From contig OX597830.1 of NCBI GenBank assembly GCA_951406725.2, positions 37,572,001 to 37,636,000 on the forward strand: 64,000 nucleotides of DNA, written 5' to 3'. The notes under the pieces are model-generated. The model made no database searches and was not told the origin of the DNA. It saw only the letters and a program-made list of their open reading frames with translations. How positions within the stretch are numbered: the stretch's first letter is position 1; each line of letters begins with the position of its first letter. This DNA is from Octopus vulgaris (taxonomy: Eukaryota). The translations under genes and the position numbers were made by a program. Positions 41,526 through 54,998 of this stretch are shown here, one piece after another.

Positions 41526-42448
41526 ATTCATTGTAAGTTAAAGTATTCTACTTTTGTATGTATAATTCTCATACCTTAATTCAGACTGTATAACGGAAGC
41601 AATGAAAACATATTCAGATTTCTAGGATATTTATGAGTTTTATTTTGTATTTAATGTACATTATAAAGCTCCGGCTATATTTATCTCTTAGTTCATAACA
41701 GCTCAACAGTAATTTCATGGTCCATTAAACTCTATCCACGTGGGATGTGAATAGAAATTCCACTAGATTTATTTGTCATGTTCGTAGCGTGAGTTAATAT
41801 TTCATTTCATTGTATTAAAGAAGGACACTGAGAAAGAAAAAAAAAATACTTCATTTCTACCGGTAAGTAAATGCTTAGTTCAAAATAATATAGTCACTGC
41901 ATTTTCACTATGCACAGCAGCGTAAATGTTGTTTTGTGTGTGCATTTGGATGAAGAAATAAACCAATTTCATTGATAAATTATATACTGCTTTTCCTCTG
42001 CAGGCATTTCTTATCATTTAAATCTGAATGGATTGCGAATTGCATGCCTAATACTCTCGATTCTTTTTCGTTTTGTTTTAAACTAGAAAATATTTTTCAA
42101 GACGCTGAAGCGTTCAAGGCACCAATTTTAAGTATGCAAACAGTAAGTTTGTATTAAGGCATGGGTTTATAATGACAAAAGGAAAGCCAAAACTGTCAGT
42201 AGAAATAATTTCTAAAAACATAGGCATGTGCTTTAAATAATCTGTAAGAATGATCTGAAGCATGCGCTCTTTCCAATAATATTTGATTCCCAGAAGTAAC
42301 TATGTCAATAAAATGATCTCATCTCAATTACCCAATTCTGCTCCATATAGCAATGCAGAGTATTTAAGGCAACTGAATTCTTCTATAATATCAGGCTGAT
42401 TAATATATTTGCGGATAATTTCACATGTACAAGTATATCGGTTAGTCC

Positions 42449-42487
<39 letters not shown>

Positions 42488-42488
<1 letters not shown>

Positions 42489-42573
42489 ATCCCATCCAAT
42501 ACACACACACATGCTTACATATATATATATATATATATATATATGTAAGCATGTGTGTGTATTGGATGGGATT
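42488..42573. repeat. Near-perfect palindrome centred on (AT)n
   Basis: AATCCCATCCAATACACACACACATGCTTAC-(AT)13-GTAAGCATGTGTGTGTATTGGATGGGATT; the arms differ only by one CA unit. Confidence 0.95.
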
Positions 42574-42779
42574 GCCCATGTTCAGTCCACTGTATAACGA
42601 GGGCTGCAGCATATTATCTCCACAAACCACGGTACGTTATGGAGACCTTAAAGTTGACTTTGAGATCATAGTGGCCTGGGTGCAGTTTTTATATTTATAC
42701 CCAGGAGAAGGAAGTTAAGAAGATTACATCGACCCCAGTTCTCATCTGGTATTTATTTTACCGAGCCCAGAAAACCTTT

Positions 42780-43413
42780 GGGCTCCATTTTCAACTCGGA
42801 GAAGAGATGGAAGACTGAAGGTGCTAAACCTGGCGAATATAGCGTGGGCGGAGCGATAAGATGTTGTTTTTGGCGAGAAACTCACAAGTGAAGAGAGCTC
42901 GATGACAGGGTACATTGTCGTCGGGAAGAAACCAATACTTTGCGCTCAATAATATCTTAATTTCACGAAGTTTCTCCCTCAAACGCTTCAAAACGATCGA
43001 CGTTCTGGACCTGGGGTGGGTGTGAATTCTCGATGCCCAATACCACATTTCCGAGAGTGATGCTCATGGCTGGTCTTCCAGATTGCTTATCATCTTCAAG
43101 GAATATTCTTCCGCTTTTGAAGCGCCGATGACACATGAGACATTGCGTGCGACCCATTACCTCGTCGCCGTAATCTTACTGAAGCATGCTCAATGCCTCC
43201 GACTTCCCAAATATAACGCAAAATTTCACGCTGGTTCTTTGTTCTAACTTCCTGTCCCTTGCTTACTACAGCATACACATGATCACAAAAACACACACAT
43301 TTCACAACTTGCGAAGTAAACAGCAATGTCGCTCGGCACACTAGCTCATTGAGGTCTCACTGCTGTCTGTTGGCGCGCTACAGAACCATTCTGGGAACTT
43401 TTTGACACCACCT
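42780..43413 (-). mobile_element. mariner transposon remnant, internally deleted
   Basis: MGRTQCLMCHRRFKSGRIFLEDDKQSGRP (HTH region) and LKRLRE...WFLPDDNVPCHRALFTCEFLAKNNI (HDNA.H motif). TIR-like GAGGTGGTGTCAAAAAGTTCCC at the right end. Confidence 0.85.
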
Positions 43414-44262
43414 CTTTTGAATGCATGCAAGCATATATGTATGTATGTATATATGTAGGCTACGAATGAAGACGAGTGCCAGCGTCTGTATGTGGCAGGC
43501 TTGATGATTGTTTTGAGATTTTCTCATAAAACCATCAGTAGACTGGTTAACCCCCATATATGTATATATACATTCATACATATACATACGCACAAACACA
43601 CACACATACATATATGTATATGTGGGTATGTGTATGTGTATATGTATATACATATGTATGCATGTATATATAAGTATGTGTGTCCCTAAATTTGAGTGAA
43701 CAAGATAAGAAAAAGATTATAGCACTAGAGATTCGTGATATCACCGAGGTACGTGATATCTCTCTAGATCGAAAGACAAGTCTGCAAAAGAAGAACCTCG
43801 AGCCTCCTCTTTTCTTCATAGTTTCTTAGATCCTGTCTTCATACAGGATTAATTATTCCAAACTTAACACTATATCATTTAATATTACATGAAATTTAAC
43901 ACTACTTGATGAAGTTGAAACGGCTGAAGCCTTATCGAAGTCAAACTGTTATATAAATATAAATAGTCGTCTCTCATACATCGAGACTTGTTCTAATATT
44001 TATGAATTATTATTTACGGGAAGACATTGTAGTGAGTGTTCCAAAAAAAAAAAAAATTAATAACTTGGATGTTAGGTGGATATACAATGTTTATACATTA
44101 CCTGATGTTAACATACCGAATATTTATAAAGATTGAATGAACTTTAGTTACTTGTCATTTATCCGACAAGAGAAAAACATGTTGCAACAAAAGTTCCATA
44201 GTCTGACTACAGAAAAACAGATTATGTTGGTGTGCCTATGTGTGTATGTGTGCTCTTATATA

Positions 44263-44346
<84 letters not shown>

Positions 44347-44702
44347 CTGTGTGCGTGTATGTATACACACATATATATGTTTATATGTATATATATATAT
44401 ATATATATAAATTCATGTTTGCACGTAGACACACAGATACACACACACACAGACGTCCATATATATTAAATATATATATGTATATATAAATATGCGAGCG
44501 GGCTTGTTTGTATGTGCGCACGCGCTGACGGAAGTACATTAATACAGACTCACACTCTAAACTATATTCGCAATTTATTACTTAATTCTACAAATATCTT
44601 CCATTTGTATTAATAAATTTTTCAGATTTGATTTTTATGCATGGAAATACAATCCAGTTGTAATATATATATGCATGTATGTACGTATGCATGTATATAT
44701 AT

Positions 44703-44772
<70 letters not shown>

Positions 44773-45077
44773 GCATACGTACATACATATATATATATAT
44801 ATATATATACATATATATGCACACGCACACACACATATACGTATATATATGTGTGTGTATGTATATTCATATACACACACACATACACACACATATATAT
44901 AGAGAGAGAGGTAGTTTATTCATATATATATGTGTGTATGTGTATGTAAATGTGCATATATACATACATATATATATATAATATATATATATATATATGT
45001 ATATGTATATATGTATATATATACATACATATATATATGTATATATATATATATATATACACACACACATATATATG

Positions 45078-45161
<84 letters not shown>
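44263..45161. repeat. Large compound (TA)n/(TG)n/(CA)n low-complexity region
   Basis: Directly visible; source of many spurious YI/HT ORFs. Confidence 0.95.
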
Positions 45162-45164
<3 letters not shown>

Positions 45165-46100
45165 ATGAATGGGTGTGAACACTGCACGTATCTACGTGTA
45201 TATGTTTGGGACAGAATGAAGTCACGCGTGTGGACGTGTGATCACGCATGTGGGTGGGAGTTTATTGTGATTCACTATCGTTCATAGATTGTGATATAAT
45301 ATAAATAAGTAAATGTCCATTGGAAAAGGATGGATTTTACAATATCCCATTATCTCAACTTGTAAAATATAGTTCAATTGTCTCAAGAGGAAACCAATAT
45401 TTTATCTCATTTTGCGAGCTTCGTTCAACAACTGATCTGAAGCTAGAAAGTCATAAATTTCGAACAGTTTTAGTACTCAAATAATGTAATTACTTTTTAT
45501 TACATGACGTTGGAGTCTCTATGCTATCGTTCGACTTGCATGAGCTAGCATCCAAATCAGCCTGAAATCACACTGCTTAGAAAATACATAATAATGCATT
45601 AGATAATACAACCTCTGGTATGTAATATATATATATATATATATATATACATACATACATACATACATACAATTCTGAAAAAGATTTGGTACGGTTATAA
45701 ACATAATACTATTGATCCTAGATCTACTGATTCATGGCTGGTCTTGTGATACTGTAAGTAATATTGGCAACGAGATCATATTTTGGATCTAAGAAAGGAT
45801 ATCATTACATTGTTTTGAATGTGAGATGTTATTCCCTCTGTTATTTTCCTCGTTGTTCAGTACCAAGATTAGCATGATGTAACCGATATGATCGAAGGTG
45901 TCTCATGTGTCACATCCTTTACAAAATTGTTATTTCTAACGCTTATCTTTGTGTCTCCATGAATTGTGGAGACGGCTGTGTGTGACGTCAGGAATATTTG
46001 ACTATCATCTTAAGTGAAATTTCGAAAGAGAATACTGACAACATCATTGGATTGTAAATAGGCATTTGCATATATGACTTGTGCTTAGTACTCCACAATA

Positions 46101-46310
46101 TTGGTTTCAAATTATTCCACAAGTGCAGCCATTTCAGGGGAGGGGATAAGTCGATTACGTCGACACCAATGTTTCAATGGTACTTAATTTACCGACCCCG
46201 AAATGATAAAAGGCAAAGTCGACCTGGAATTTGAACTCAGAACGTACCGGCAGTCGAAATAGCGCTAGGCATTTCGCCCGGCTTGCTAACGAATCTGCCA
46301 GTTCGCTGTC
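46101..46310 (-). mobile_element. SINE family B with 16-bp TSD
   Basis: TSD TTAGTACTCCACAATA at 46085-46100 and 46311-46326. Confidence 0.9.
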
Positions 46311-46328
46311 TTAGTACTCCACAATAAT

Positions 46329-46717
46329 ACTTTCTACTGGACCTCAGATTTGTGGGGAGGGGATTACTAGGTTAAACCAACCCCAGTACACAACTGGTAC
46401 TTAATCTATCGACCCCGAAAGGATGAAAGGCACAGTCGACATCTTCAAAATTTCAACTCATAACGTACCGGCAGACGAAATACCTATTTCTTTACTACCC
46501 ACAAGGGGCTAAACACAGAGGGGACAAACAAGGACAGACAAACGGATTAAGTCGATTACATCGACCTCAGTGCGTAACTGGTACTTATTTTATCGACCAC
46601 GAAAGGATGAATAGCAAAGTCGACCTTGGTGGAATTTGAACTAAGAACGTAACGGCAAACGAAATACCGCTAAGCATTTCGTCCGGCTTGCTAACGATTC
46701 TGCCCCCTCGCCACCTT
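46329..46717 (-). mobile_element. Dimeric SINE family B (full unit + 5'-truncated unit with a different tail)
   Basis: Two central domains. The linker tail is TTAATCCGTTTGTCTGTCC...GTAAAGAAATAG. Flanking direct repeat TCCACAATAAT at 46318-46328 and 46723-46733. Confidence 0.85.
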
Positions 46718-46783
46718 ATTAGTCCACAATAATTCTTGCAAAAACATTTATACTAGATACGCATGCGTCATTTATTATTCAGT

Positions 46784-47003
46784 GAAGCTGCGAGCAGACT
46801 GAATCGTTACCGCACCGGACAAAATGCAAGTAGCATTTCTTCTGAATCTTTATATCCTGAGTTCAAATACGACCCGCTCGAGTGTGCCTTACGCTCTTTT
46901 GCGATCGATAGAAATACAAAACCCCAGTTGGGTGCTCAAATATATATAATCGAATTCCTCTACCCCTCAAAATTGCTAGCCTTTTTCTAAAATTGGAAAG
47001 GAT
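46784..47003 (+). mobile_element. Old SINE family B copy
   Basis: Degenerate head GAATCGTTA, CTGAGTTCAAAT, and tail CCCCTCAAAATTGCTAGCC. Confidence 0.6.
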
Positions 47004-47399
47004 CATATAGTTTTCAATATATGCTCAGAAACTCAAGACATAAACGACATATTTGCATCTAAATCGCAGGATGAGACATTAAAAGAGAATATGTTAGCTC
47101 AAGTGAATGTGATGATGTCGACAGTATTACAAACAGTTTAAAAAATCTGTGTTTCATTATGGTGTATTATTGAGCGCAACGAATTTATACTTAGCAAATT
47201 TTAATTAGAATATAAGTGAATCGACTACAATACCATACTGAACATGTATTGTGTTCAGAATTGGTGATTGTTACGTAACGTGGGAATGAGTGAAAATCGA
47301 AAGAAAAAAAGAAAAGAGAAGTGCAACTCTCGAATCAAAATTTGCAGTCTTTATAAAGGACTCGTTGCTTAATGCAACCCCATACAGTGCCAAATGTGT

Positions 47400-47770
47400 C
47401 TAACCTAGTGGAAACGACTTCAACTTGCAACCATTTTGTGCAGGGTTCAATTCCTGGACCCAGTGTGGAATTGTGCTTTTGAGCAAGGTACTTCATATCA
47501 AGATTTTCCACGCAGTATAGACGTACTGATTAGCAGCATCCTTTCTCCATCTAACTGTCATATATTGGATGCGGTGCTGGAAAGAGTGTGTGGATATGGG
47601 GACACAAATTGGGTGGATCTGTGCTTGCTCATTACTACAATGGTACATAAAGCAATTAGCGAAAGTACGGCATGCTGCCAAGCTATACTCGACCACCATT
47701 GAAGGGTACCTATACATAAACTGACAGAAGTAAAAAGAGGCTGTGATCACAGATGGAACGCCTGTCATCC
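47400..47770 (+). mobile_element. Old tRNA-derived SINE (unassigned family)
   Basis: A-box-like TAACCTAGTGG, B-box GGTTCAATTCC, then TTGAGCAAGGTACTT, similar to the post-head segment of family C. Confidence 0.5.
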
Positions 47771-48246
47771 TATGGTGGCTAGGTCACTATTTATCTGGTG
47801 CCAAATATCAAAATCACGAAAGAAAAATCAGGTGCGAAAATCTATATGAAACGATGCGCTCCATCTTACAATATTATTTTTGATTAGTATTAACATAATC
47901 AGGCTTCATTGCAGGAACTTTTGCAGACGAGATTAGACACGAAGAATACATGGTGGAAAAGATTAACATCATTGTTATGTCCATTCTAATCAGAATGATC
48001 AAGAGTATACCTTACTTAATTTGATTATATTCTTATTAATCGCCTGATTTTTCTAATCAGATTTGTATTATAGGCTGATGATATCTCTCACTAATTGGAC
48101 CATAATCAATCCAAGTAATTTATTAAATATACGTCTGGATATATCTATGTTCATAATTTAGTAAATATATATATCTCTCTCATGCCCCCTCTCTCTATCT
48201 CTTTATCGCTCTTTCCCTTACGTTCTTACACTTCATCTATTACAGC

Positions 48247-48291
<45 letters not shown>

Positions 48292-48401
48292 TATATATAT
48301 ATATATACATTCATACAAATTTACATACATACGTATAGACACGTGCATACATAAGCATACATACATACATGCATACATACATACATACATACATACATAC
48401 A

Positions 48402-48435
<34 letters not shown>

Positions 48436-48599
48436 CAAAGACACAGAACTCAAGATTCGCTACGAAGATACCACAGTTGCTAGCGTCACCTCCTATTATT
48501 ATGCTTATCATCAGACTGCCTTCGCCACCATAACTGACTCCAGCACCAATAGACTAGTTACCAAAGAAACCCATCTCCGACTAACACTTCATAGACTTG

Positions 48600-49773
48600 C
48601 GAGGGTTAGATGAAATGCTCATTGGCTGACTAAGATACTCTCAGGGTATTGTAGTGCTAGGATCCAATTTCTGTAGAAGCTTCCACACTGTTGGTCTAAA
48701 AAGTCATCATCAACCGATATAACGTCATTATCACAGCGATACTTGGTCCCAGGCAAGTTAGCTTTTTTATTGGCGAACAAAACCCGGATAATACGGACAG
48801 AGAGCAACAATCTTCAAAGTTACAACCGTTCACAGCAGATATAGAAACTGAGGACTTGTGTGCTGGGGCATTCTCCTCATATACCAATACCCCATTAGCC
48901 TGTTTTCTTGGGGATTTGGCCTTGATAGCATTTCGTAACTGCCTCAGTAAGTTGGTATAGTATTCGGCATTGTTGGTGTGGCCCTTTTGAAGATAGACAA
49001 CAAACACACTGCGTTTTGGATCCCCCATAACTGAAGCCATCATCTCCGCTACTGATGAAATGACCTTGATCTTCTTTGGAGCAGGTGAAGAGGGGTATTT
49101 CTATTGCATGGATTATCTCTTTGTCTCTGACCCAAAGTGATGACGCCAACATTCATTCAAACAAACCAGCTGGATCTGCTTCAAACAATGTCAGATTTTC
49201 CAGTGATATGATCAGCCTGGTGCGCTTTTAATTAGGTATCAGAAGGGGTTGCACCAACGAACCAGAAACGTACGTCACTTGAAGTTCATTGTGCTGAATA
49301 TTTTCAACCCTCAGGCGATACGCAATTAACATTGACTACTTGCATTATAATCAATCACCTGTCATTCATCACCATGGGATGAAGTTCATCAATGTTTTCC
49401 TCTGTGGTGGTAGCCGCAAGACGGCCTGGCCATAGGTGAATTTCAAGACTTTCCCTTCCCTTTCTAAATTCAGCCGCCCAGCTTTTTATGGTTGATAAAG
49501 ATGGAACGTCATCCCCTAATGTAGCAACCATGTGAGCATGAATTTCCTGGGGACTAAACCCTTTTCCTCCTGGTGCTTGATAACACAACGATGCCAAATT
49601 TTGTCCATTTTCAAGGGAAGTCGCCACTAGTCTTCGAATAATCAGATGTCAGTTTACCCGAAGAGAAACAATGCAGTTATTAAGAAGGAGTGTTGAAATT
49701 ATTGTATGCAAGATGTCACAGTTATTGTATCACACCTTTATAGTCAGGCTATGAACTTTTTAGCACACCCTCG
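48600..49773 (-). mobile_element. Near full-length decayed mariner transposon
   Basis: TIRs CGAGGGTTAGATGAAATGCTCATTGGCTGAC and (reverse complement) CGAGGGTGTGCTAAAAAGTTCATAGCCTGAC. Transposase remnants KGFSPQEIHAHMVATLGDDVPSLSTIKSWAAEFRKGRESLE and MMASV...YLQKGHTNNAEYYTNLLRQLRNAI...ENAPAHKS. Confidence 0.92.
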
Positions 49774-50099
49774 TATATACACCAACACTATAATGATGGC
49801 CTTAACTGCAGTGTATCCTACATCAATGCTGCTACGATTACTATCTCTACAAAATTTGCCGTCATCATTATCATCCGCATCATTATCATATCCATTTCCA
49901 TAGCCAACTTAACAGAGTGTATCATTATGAAAACAAACTCTATTAACAGCACACCATTAACGACCAGGTGACCACCTCTAGCATCGTCAAATTCATCAAC
50001 GCCATCATCGGCACAATCACCAATACCGTTATTACTATCGGCACCCGTGTCTCGTCACCATTATCATCATTATCTTTTGCAAGATATGTCCTCTTGTAC

Positions 50100-50266
50100 A
50101 TTATGTACGTTATTTACATTTGACGGATATTTGTCCTAATCTTGTTTGTTGCTAACACAATGTTTCGGCTGATATACCCATCAGCCTCCATCAGGCGTCT
50201 TGGGAAAATTTCGAACCTGGGTTCTCATTCCTATGGTATTTTTCGATGTTGTTGTTACTACTACTA

Positions 50267-50357
<91 letters not shown>

Positions 50358-50450
50358 CATCATCATTATTATTATTCAGGTCACTGCCGGGAATCGAACT
50401 CGGAACTTGGGGTTAGTAGCCCGCATTCTTAACCACTACGCCATATGCCC
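50100..50450 (-). mobile_element. tRNA-headed SINE-like element: Pol III head + trinucleotide spacer + hammerhead-containing tail
   Basis: Head 50450-50376 with A-box TGGCGTAGTGG and B-box GTTCGATTCC, followed by (AAT/GAT/AGT)n at 50375-50248 and a tail containing a hammerhead motif on the same strand. Confidence 0.7.
50154..50199 (-). ncRNA. Type I hammerhead ribozyme motif (slightly decayed)
   Basis: GACGC-CTGATGG-A-GGCTGAT-GGGTAT-ATCAGCC-GAAA-CATT-GTGTT: perfect 7-bp stem II and stem I GACGC/GTGTT. AACATT is one CpG-type change from palindromic AACGTT. Confidence 0.7.
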
Positions 50451-50454
50451 ACGG

Positions 50455-50550
50455 GTTTATTGTAGAAGGCGCTCACCCAAAGTGTCACGCAGTTCGACTG
50501 GCACCGGGGCAACGTGGTTGGGAAGCAATGGTCTTACCATACAATCCTGT
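50455..50550 (-). mobile_element. SINE family A 5' fragment
   Basis: GTAGAAG..CCCAAAGTGTCACGCAG..GTGGTTGGGAAGCAA..TTACCA matches the family A head. Confidence 0.6.
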
Positions 50551-51767
50551 ATGTATAATGGATTCGCCTATCCATACCTGCAGTTCAATCTAATAAACTG
50601 CTAAACTTATTGATAATTCATGTAAGCAGCGGGGAGGTATTCGGCAGACAGGTACATCGGATTTACAATCCCCTCTCGGTATCAATGTCACACTTCGATA
50701 AGGCGGTACTTTTGAATTATAGGTGCAAGGCATCCTTCTATTATTCCAATTTAACTAGAGATAATATACACCTGTGTGTATGTGTGTGTGTGTGTGTTTT
50801 TGCGAGCGTTTGTATGGTTAGGTACACGTATGTGTTAGCGCACGCAAAAAACCATTAGTTTGAATACAGAAGAGCGAATTTAGTTTTCGTTGCTTAGAGC
50901 TAAGTTATACTTTATTGTATTGGAAGGTCAATCTTGAAAACAGTTGTCTGATGGGTTCCACTTTTCGATTTTGTGAATGTTCGGAAAAACGAAATAGAAA
51001 ACACTAAATAATTTGTAAAGTTTTATCTGGAAATAAATACCATACATAGGCACACACTCATGCACACGCACACACACACAAACACACACACATACACACA
51101 CACACAGACACACACACACATGCAGACACGCACAAACTTATACACACAATAACCACCTACATATGTAGATATAAATGTATATGTATGTTTGTTTGCCGGA
51201 GTAAATAAGTATACGTACCTATGTACGTATATCTGTATGTATTTACATGTGTGTGTGTGACTGTCTGTCTGGTGTGCGTGTGTATTTGTGTGTGCATTTG
51301 TGTGCGCTTGAGTATTGGATGTATATGTTTCTGCCAAAGCCTTGATCTTTCATGTTCAATAGTTGACCAGTCCTTTTGACGTCTGCCAATGAAGAAACGA
51401 GAATTTTCATCTGTATTCCTATTACAACAGAGTAAAAGAACTACGACCGAAAATCATGCACGGTTCACTGGCTACATTGTTATATAAGCTAATCAACTAT
51501 GCTACAACGCACGGAGCTTTGTAAGAATACTTAACGGTTATATAAACATGATAAATACTATAATAACTACGATGGATATCTGTGAATAGAATACGAAAAA
51601 ATAAACAGAGTGAGAGAGAGAATGAGAAAGATAGAAAGAGAAAGAAAATCCAAATATTCTCATGACATTTGCAAGAGCTGCACATCTATTCTGATTATGT
51701 TACAGTGGAATTTAGCTACACTAGGTCTCTTACCAAGGCTGGATTCTATCTACGCTACTGCAGAAAT

Positions 51768-52083
51768 GTGGAGGCGCAATGGCCCAGTGGTTAGGGCAGC
51801 GGACTTCCGGTCGTGGGATCGCGATTTCTATTCCCAGACCGGGCGTTGTACTGTACTCTTTCACCGCAACATTCTCTCACTCTTTCTTCCTGTTTCTGTT
51901 GTACCTGTATTTCAAAGGGCCAGACTTGTCACACTCTGCGTCAAGCTGAATCTCTCCGAGAACTACGTTAAGGGTACACACGTCTGAGGAGTGCTCAGCC
52001 ACTTGCAAGTTAATTTCACGAGTAGGCTGTTCCGTTGATCGAATCAACTGGAACCATCGTCCTCGCAACCGACGGAGTGTCAC
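51768..52083 (+). mobile_element. tRNA-derived SINE family D1
   Basis: A-box TGGCCCAGTGG with a tRNA-like head shared with 61335-61637. Imperfect TSD CTACTGCAGAAAT / CGACTTCAGAAAT. Confidence 0.8.
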
Positions 52084-52359
52084 GACTTCAGAAATATAAC
52101 TTCAACTACTAAGTGTTAGTATGTAAAATATATTTACGAAGCTTACAAAATATCGACTTAGATAACGCCAACTTCGTATTGTCTATGGTAAATGTATCGA
52201 TCGGTTCTGCCTAAAGACCAGATATTTTTGATAAATATCATTTTAGTTATTGATGTTTTCTTTTTAAGACATTACTATTGCTGTTATCGTTGTCGTGTCT
52301 TGATGTGGTCCTAAATGTTGTTGTTGATGTGTGTTTTTTTAAGCGTAGCCCCCTATAAA

Positions 52360-52579
52360 TAGTCGTCGTCGTCGTCGTCGTCGTTGTCGTAAGTATCATC
52401 AACTTCATCGACATCTTCCTGAATCTCCGCCATCTGCACCTACTTCTCCTCCTCCTTAGCATCATCATCATCATTTGTTCATCATCCTCGTCGTCGTTGT
52501 CGTCGTCGTCGTCATCATCATCACATATCTTCATCCATTTCCAACTCCCCATCCTCATGATAATCATGACACCATCGTT

Positions 52580-52624
<45 letters not shown>

Positions 52625-52660
52625 GTCATCGTCATCGTCGTCGTCATCATCATCGTCATG

Positions 52661-52691
<31 letters not shown>

Positions 52692-53093
52692 TCGTCATCA
52701 TGATTGTCATCATCATCATCATCATCATCATCATTATTGTTATCATCATTATTCCTATTGCTATTTCTCTTGTTCATATTTCTCTTGTATTCCGAATCTT
52801 GCTGCTACCACCCCCATCCCCATCAATGCTTCTACCACTACCGGCACCACCGGCACTACTGCTACTACTACCACTAAAACTATTACCATTGCTGCCTCTG
52901 TGTGCTTCTGTGCTGCTAATCGCAATCAACTCTCATCATCGTGATCATCATCATGATTATCATCATCACAACTACCACCACTGCCATCATCATCAACATC
53001 CTCATTATCTTCATTTTAATCATTTACACCATGTTATCTTCTTCATCTTCATCATCATCATCATCGTCATCGTCGTCGTCATCGTCGTCGTCG

Positions 53094-53127
<34 letters not shown>

Positions 53128-53130
53128 TTT
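52360..53130. repeat. Compound (CAT/CGT/CCT/CTA)n trinucleotide region
   Basis: Directly visible in the sequence. Confidence 0.9.
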
Positions 53131-53222
53131 CACTTTTATTTACAATGTGTGCATTTTTGCTCCCTGGGGGGCAGCTGTGTGTGTGTGCTTTGGATACGTG
53201 TACTGTTTTGCATTATTCTGGG

Positions 53223-53271
<49 letters not shown>

Positions 53272-54513
53272 TGTTTTTGTGTTGTATTGATTATTCCTCA
53301 TGTAACGTGTGTGCATCACTCATAACTTCTGTAAGTTATGCATAATTCATGGAGATGCGATTAAGTATTTTCCTGTTTTGTAACCATCTCCATAGCCTCT
53401 ATTAGCATTGGGACTGTTTTTTTCTCTATTAACATATCTGGCTATTTCTATCTTATCGTTTATCGCAAGTATATATTGTTGTCTATTTGGATTCGATTAG
53501 AGTGAATTTGGTTCCTACCTGATCTCTCATGAAAATAATTAGCGGATTTTAAATATTAATCACACTGTCGGCGTGAATTCTGATCCTCCAATAACTGCAC
53601 GTTGCTTATACTTAGAGGCACTTCCTAGGGTATGTTTGCTATCTAAATTTCGTGGACTTATCATCTTGTTTACGCTGCTTTCTCGAATTACACTGACTAC
53701 CTATCGCCATCTAATTCCATCAATATGAGTTTGAACCGGGAGCTTATTAGCTGATTACACACATTACATAACCATGGACGCCAACCTTATGAAAGCACTG
53801 TAGTTATTCTCTCGATAAAGCTTGGGGATCCTGACAGCTGATCTTCTAGGGTTCCTCTACCCAGCATCAATTTAAGAAGCACCGCTGGCTCAGTCGAGCT
53901 CTCCCGCTTCCTTTTCACAACCCACTATGCTGCAGTCCCATAACTCCACCGTATCCTTGGCAGGAAGACTGAACGGGTGATATATCTTACCAAAAGCATC
54001 CCATAAAAATGCAGATCACGGCTGTTACTCTGTGAATTTTTTTCTTTAAATACTCACATGACATTGAAATGATCACCGGTGAAAGATATCTTCACCTCTG
54101 TCATGACTGTATTCATATACCGTGATTAGGCAACTCTACAATCATTGTTGTGCAATAATGTCCACGTACTCTACAGCGATTTTAAAATTTTACTTCTTTA
54201 TATCCATTCAGTTGTGCGTTGCTCAAAAACGTGTGGCAATAATCATAAAGTATTCAGTTTTGAGATTTTGGTCCTGATATTTTGGTGTATTGAAAATGCA
54301 GATGTATTGCCTGTATCCTGCAAAACGGTTTTTGTAATTCTGCAATTCGGCAAACACCTTAGGAATAGTTTGTAAAACTGCATTGGAAAGACTGTGGTTA
54401 TACCTGGAAAAGCAGATCGGAAAGTTTAGTCGAATAAATCGAACACCAAAACATATCCTCTTCAGGATGGTACTTATACTATTGATCTCTTTGCGCATGT
54501 ACGCACGAACACA

Positions 54514-54559
<46 letters not shown>

Positions 54560-54932
54560 ACACACACACACGCACAAACGCACGCACACACATACACACA
54601 CACATGCTGGCCTTGTGCCTAAATCAGGAGTCAAACGCTGAGAGTTAACGCGCTGGGAAATGACTGGCGATATTTCATTAGCTTTTTTTTTTCCTTTGAT
54701 TTGACATCCTTCCAATGCCAGCTTTGAGTTTCATTCCTCCGGGAGCGATAAAATAAAGCACCTGTCAAGAACTGGCATAGGCTACTTCGCCACCCATAAG
54801 AAATGGTTGCCATAATATTTAAATCAGAAACCATTATTTTCACTATCATTATTATCATAATTATTATTATGCTTCTTTGTTGTTGCTATTATTGTTATCA
54901 TCATCTTCCTCCTGCTACTCCTTCATTTCATA

Positions 54933-54998
<66 letters not shown>

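Noticed and set aside
50376-50450. Functional tRNA gene
   Set aside because: The acceptor stem pairs poorly, the ACT anticodon is atypical for eukaryotes, and there is no oligo-T terminator. Treated as a SINE head.
52247-53345. Poly-Asp (176 aa, -) and Ile/His-rich (271 aa, +) ORFs as acidic or metal-binding proteins
   Set aside because: They are open in several frames on both strands because of (CAT)n. There are no splice or domain signals, and similar tracts occur at 36790 and 7430.
53540-54130. Possible LINE endonuclease remnant on the minus strand (FTGDHFN)
   Set aside because: A single weak motif is insufficient for a call.
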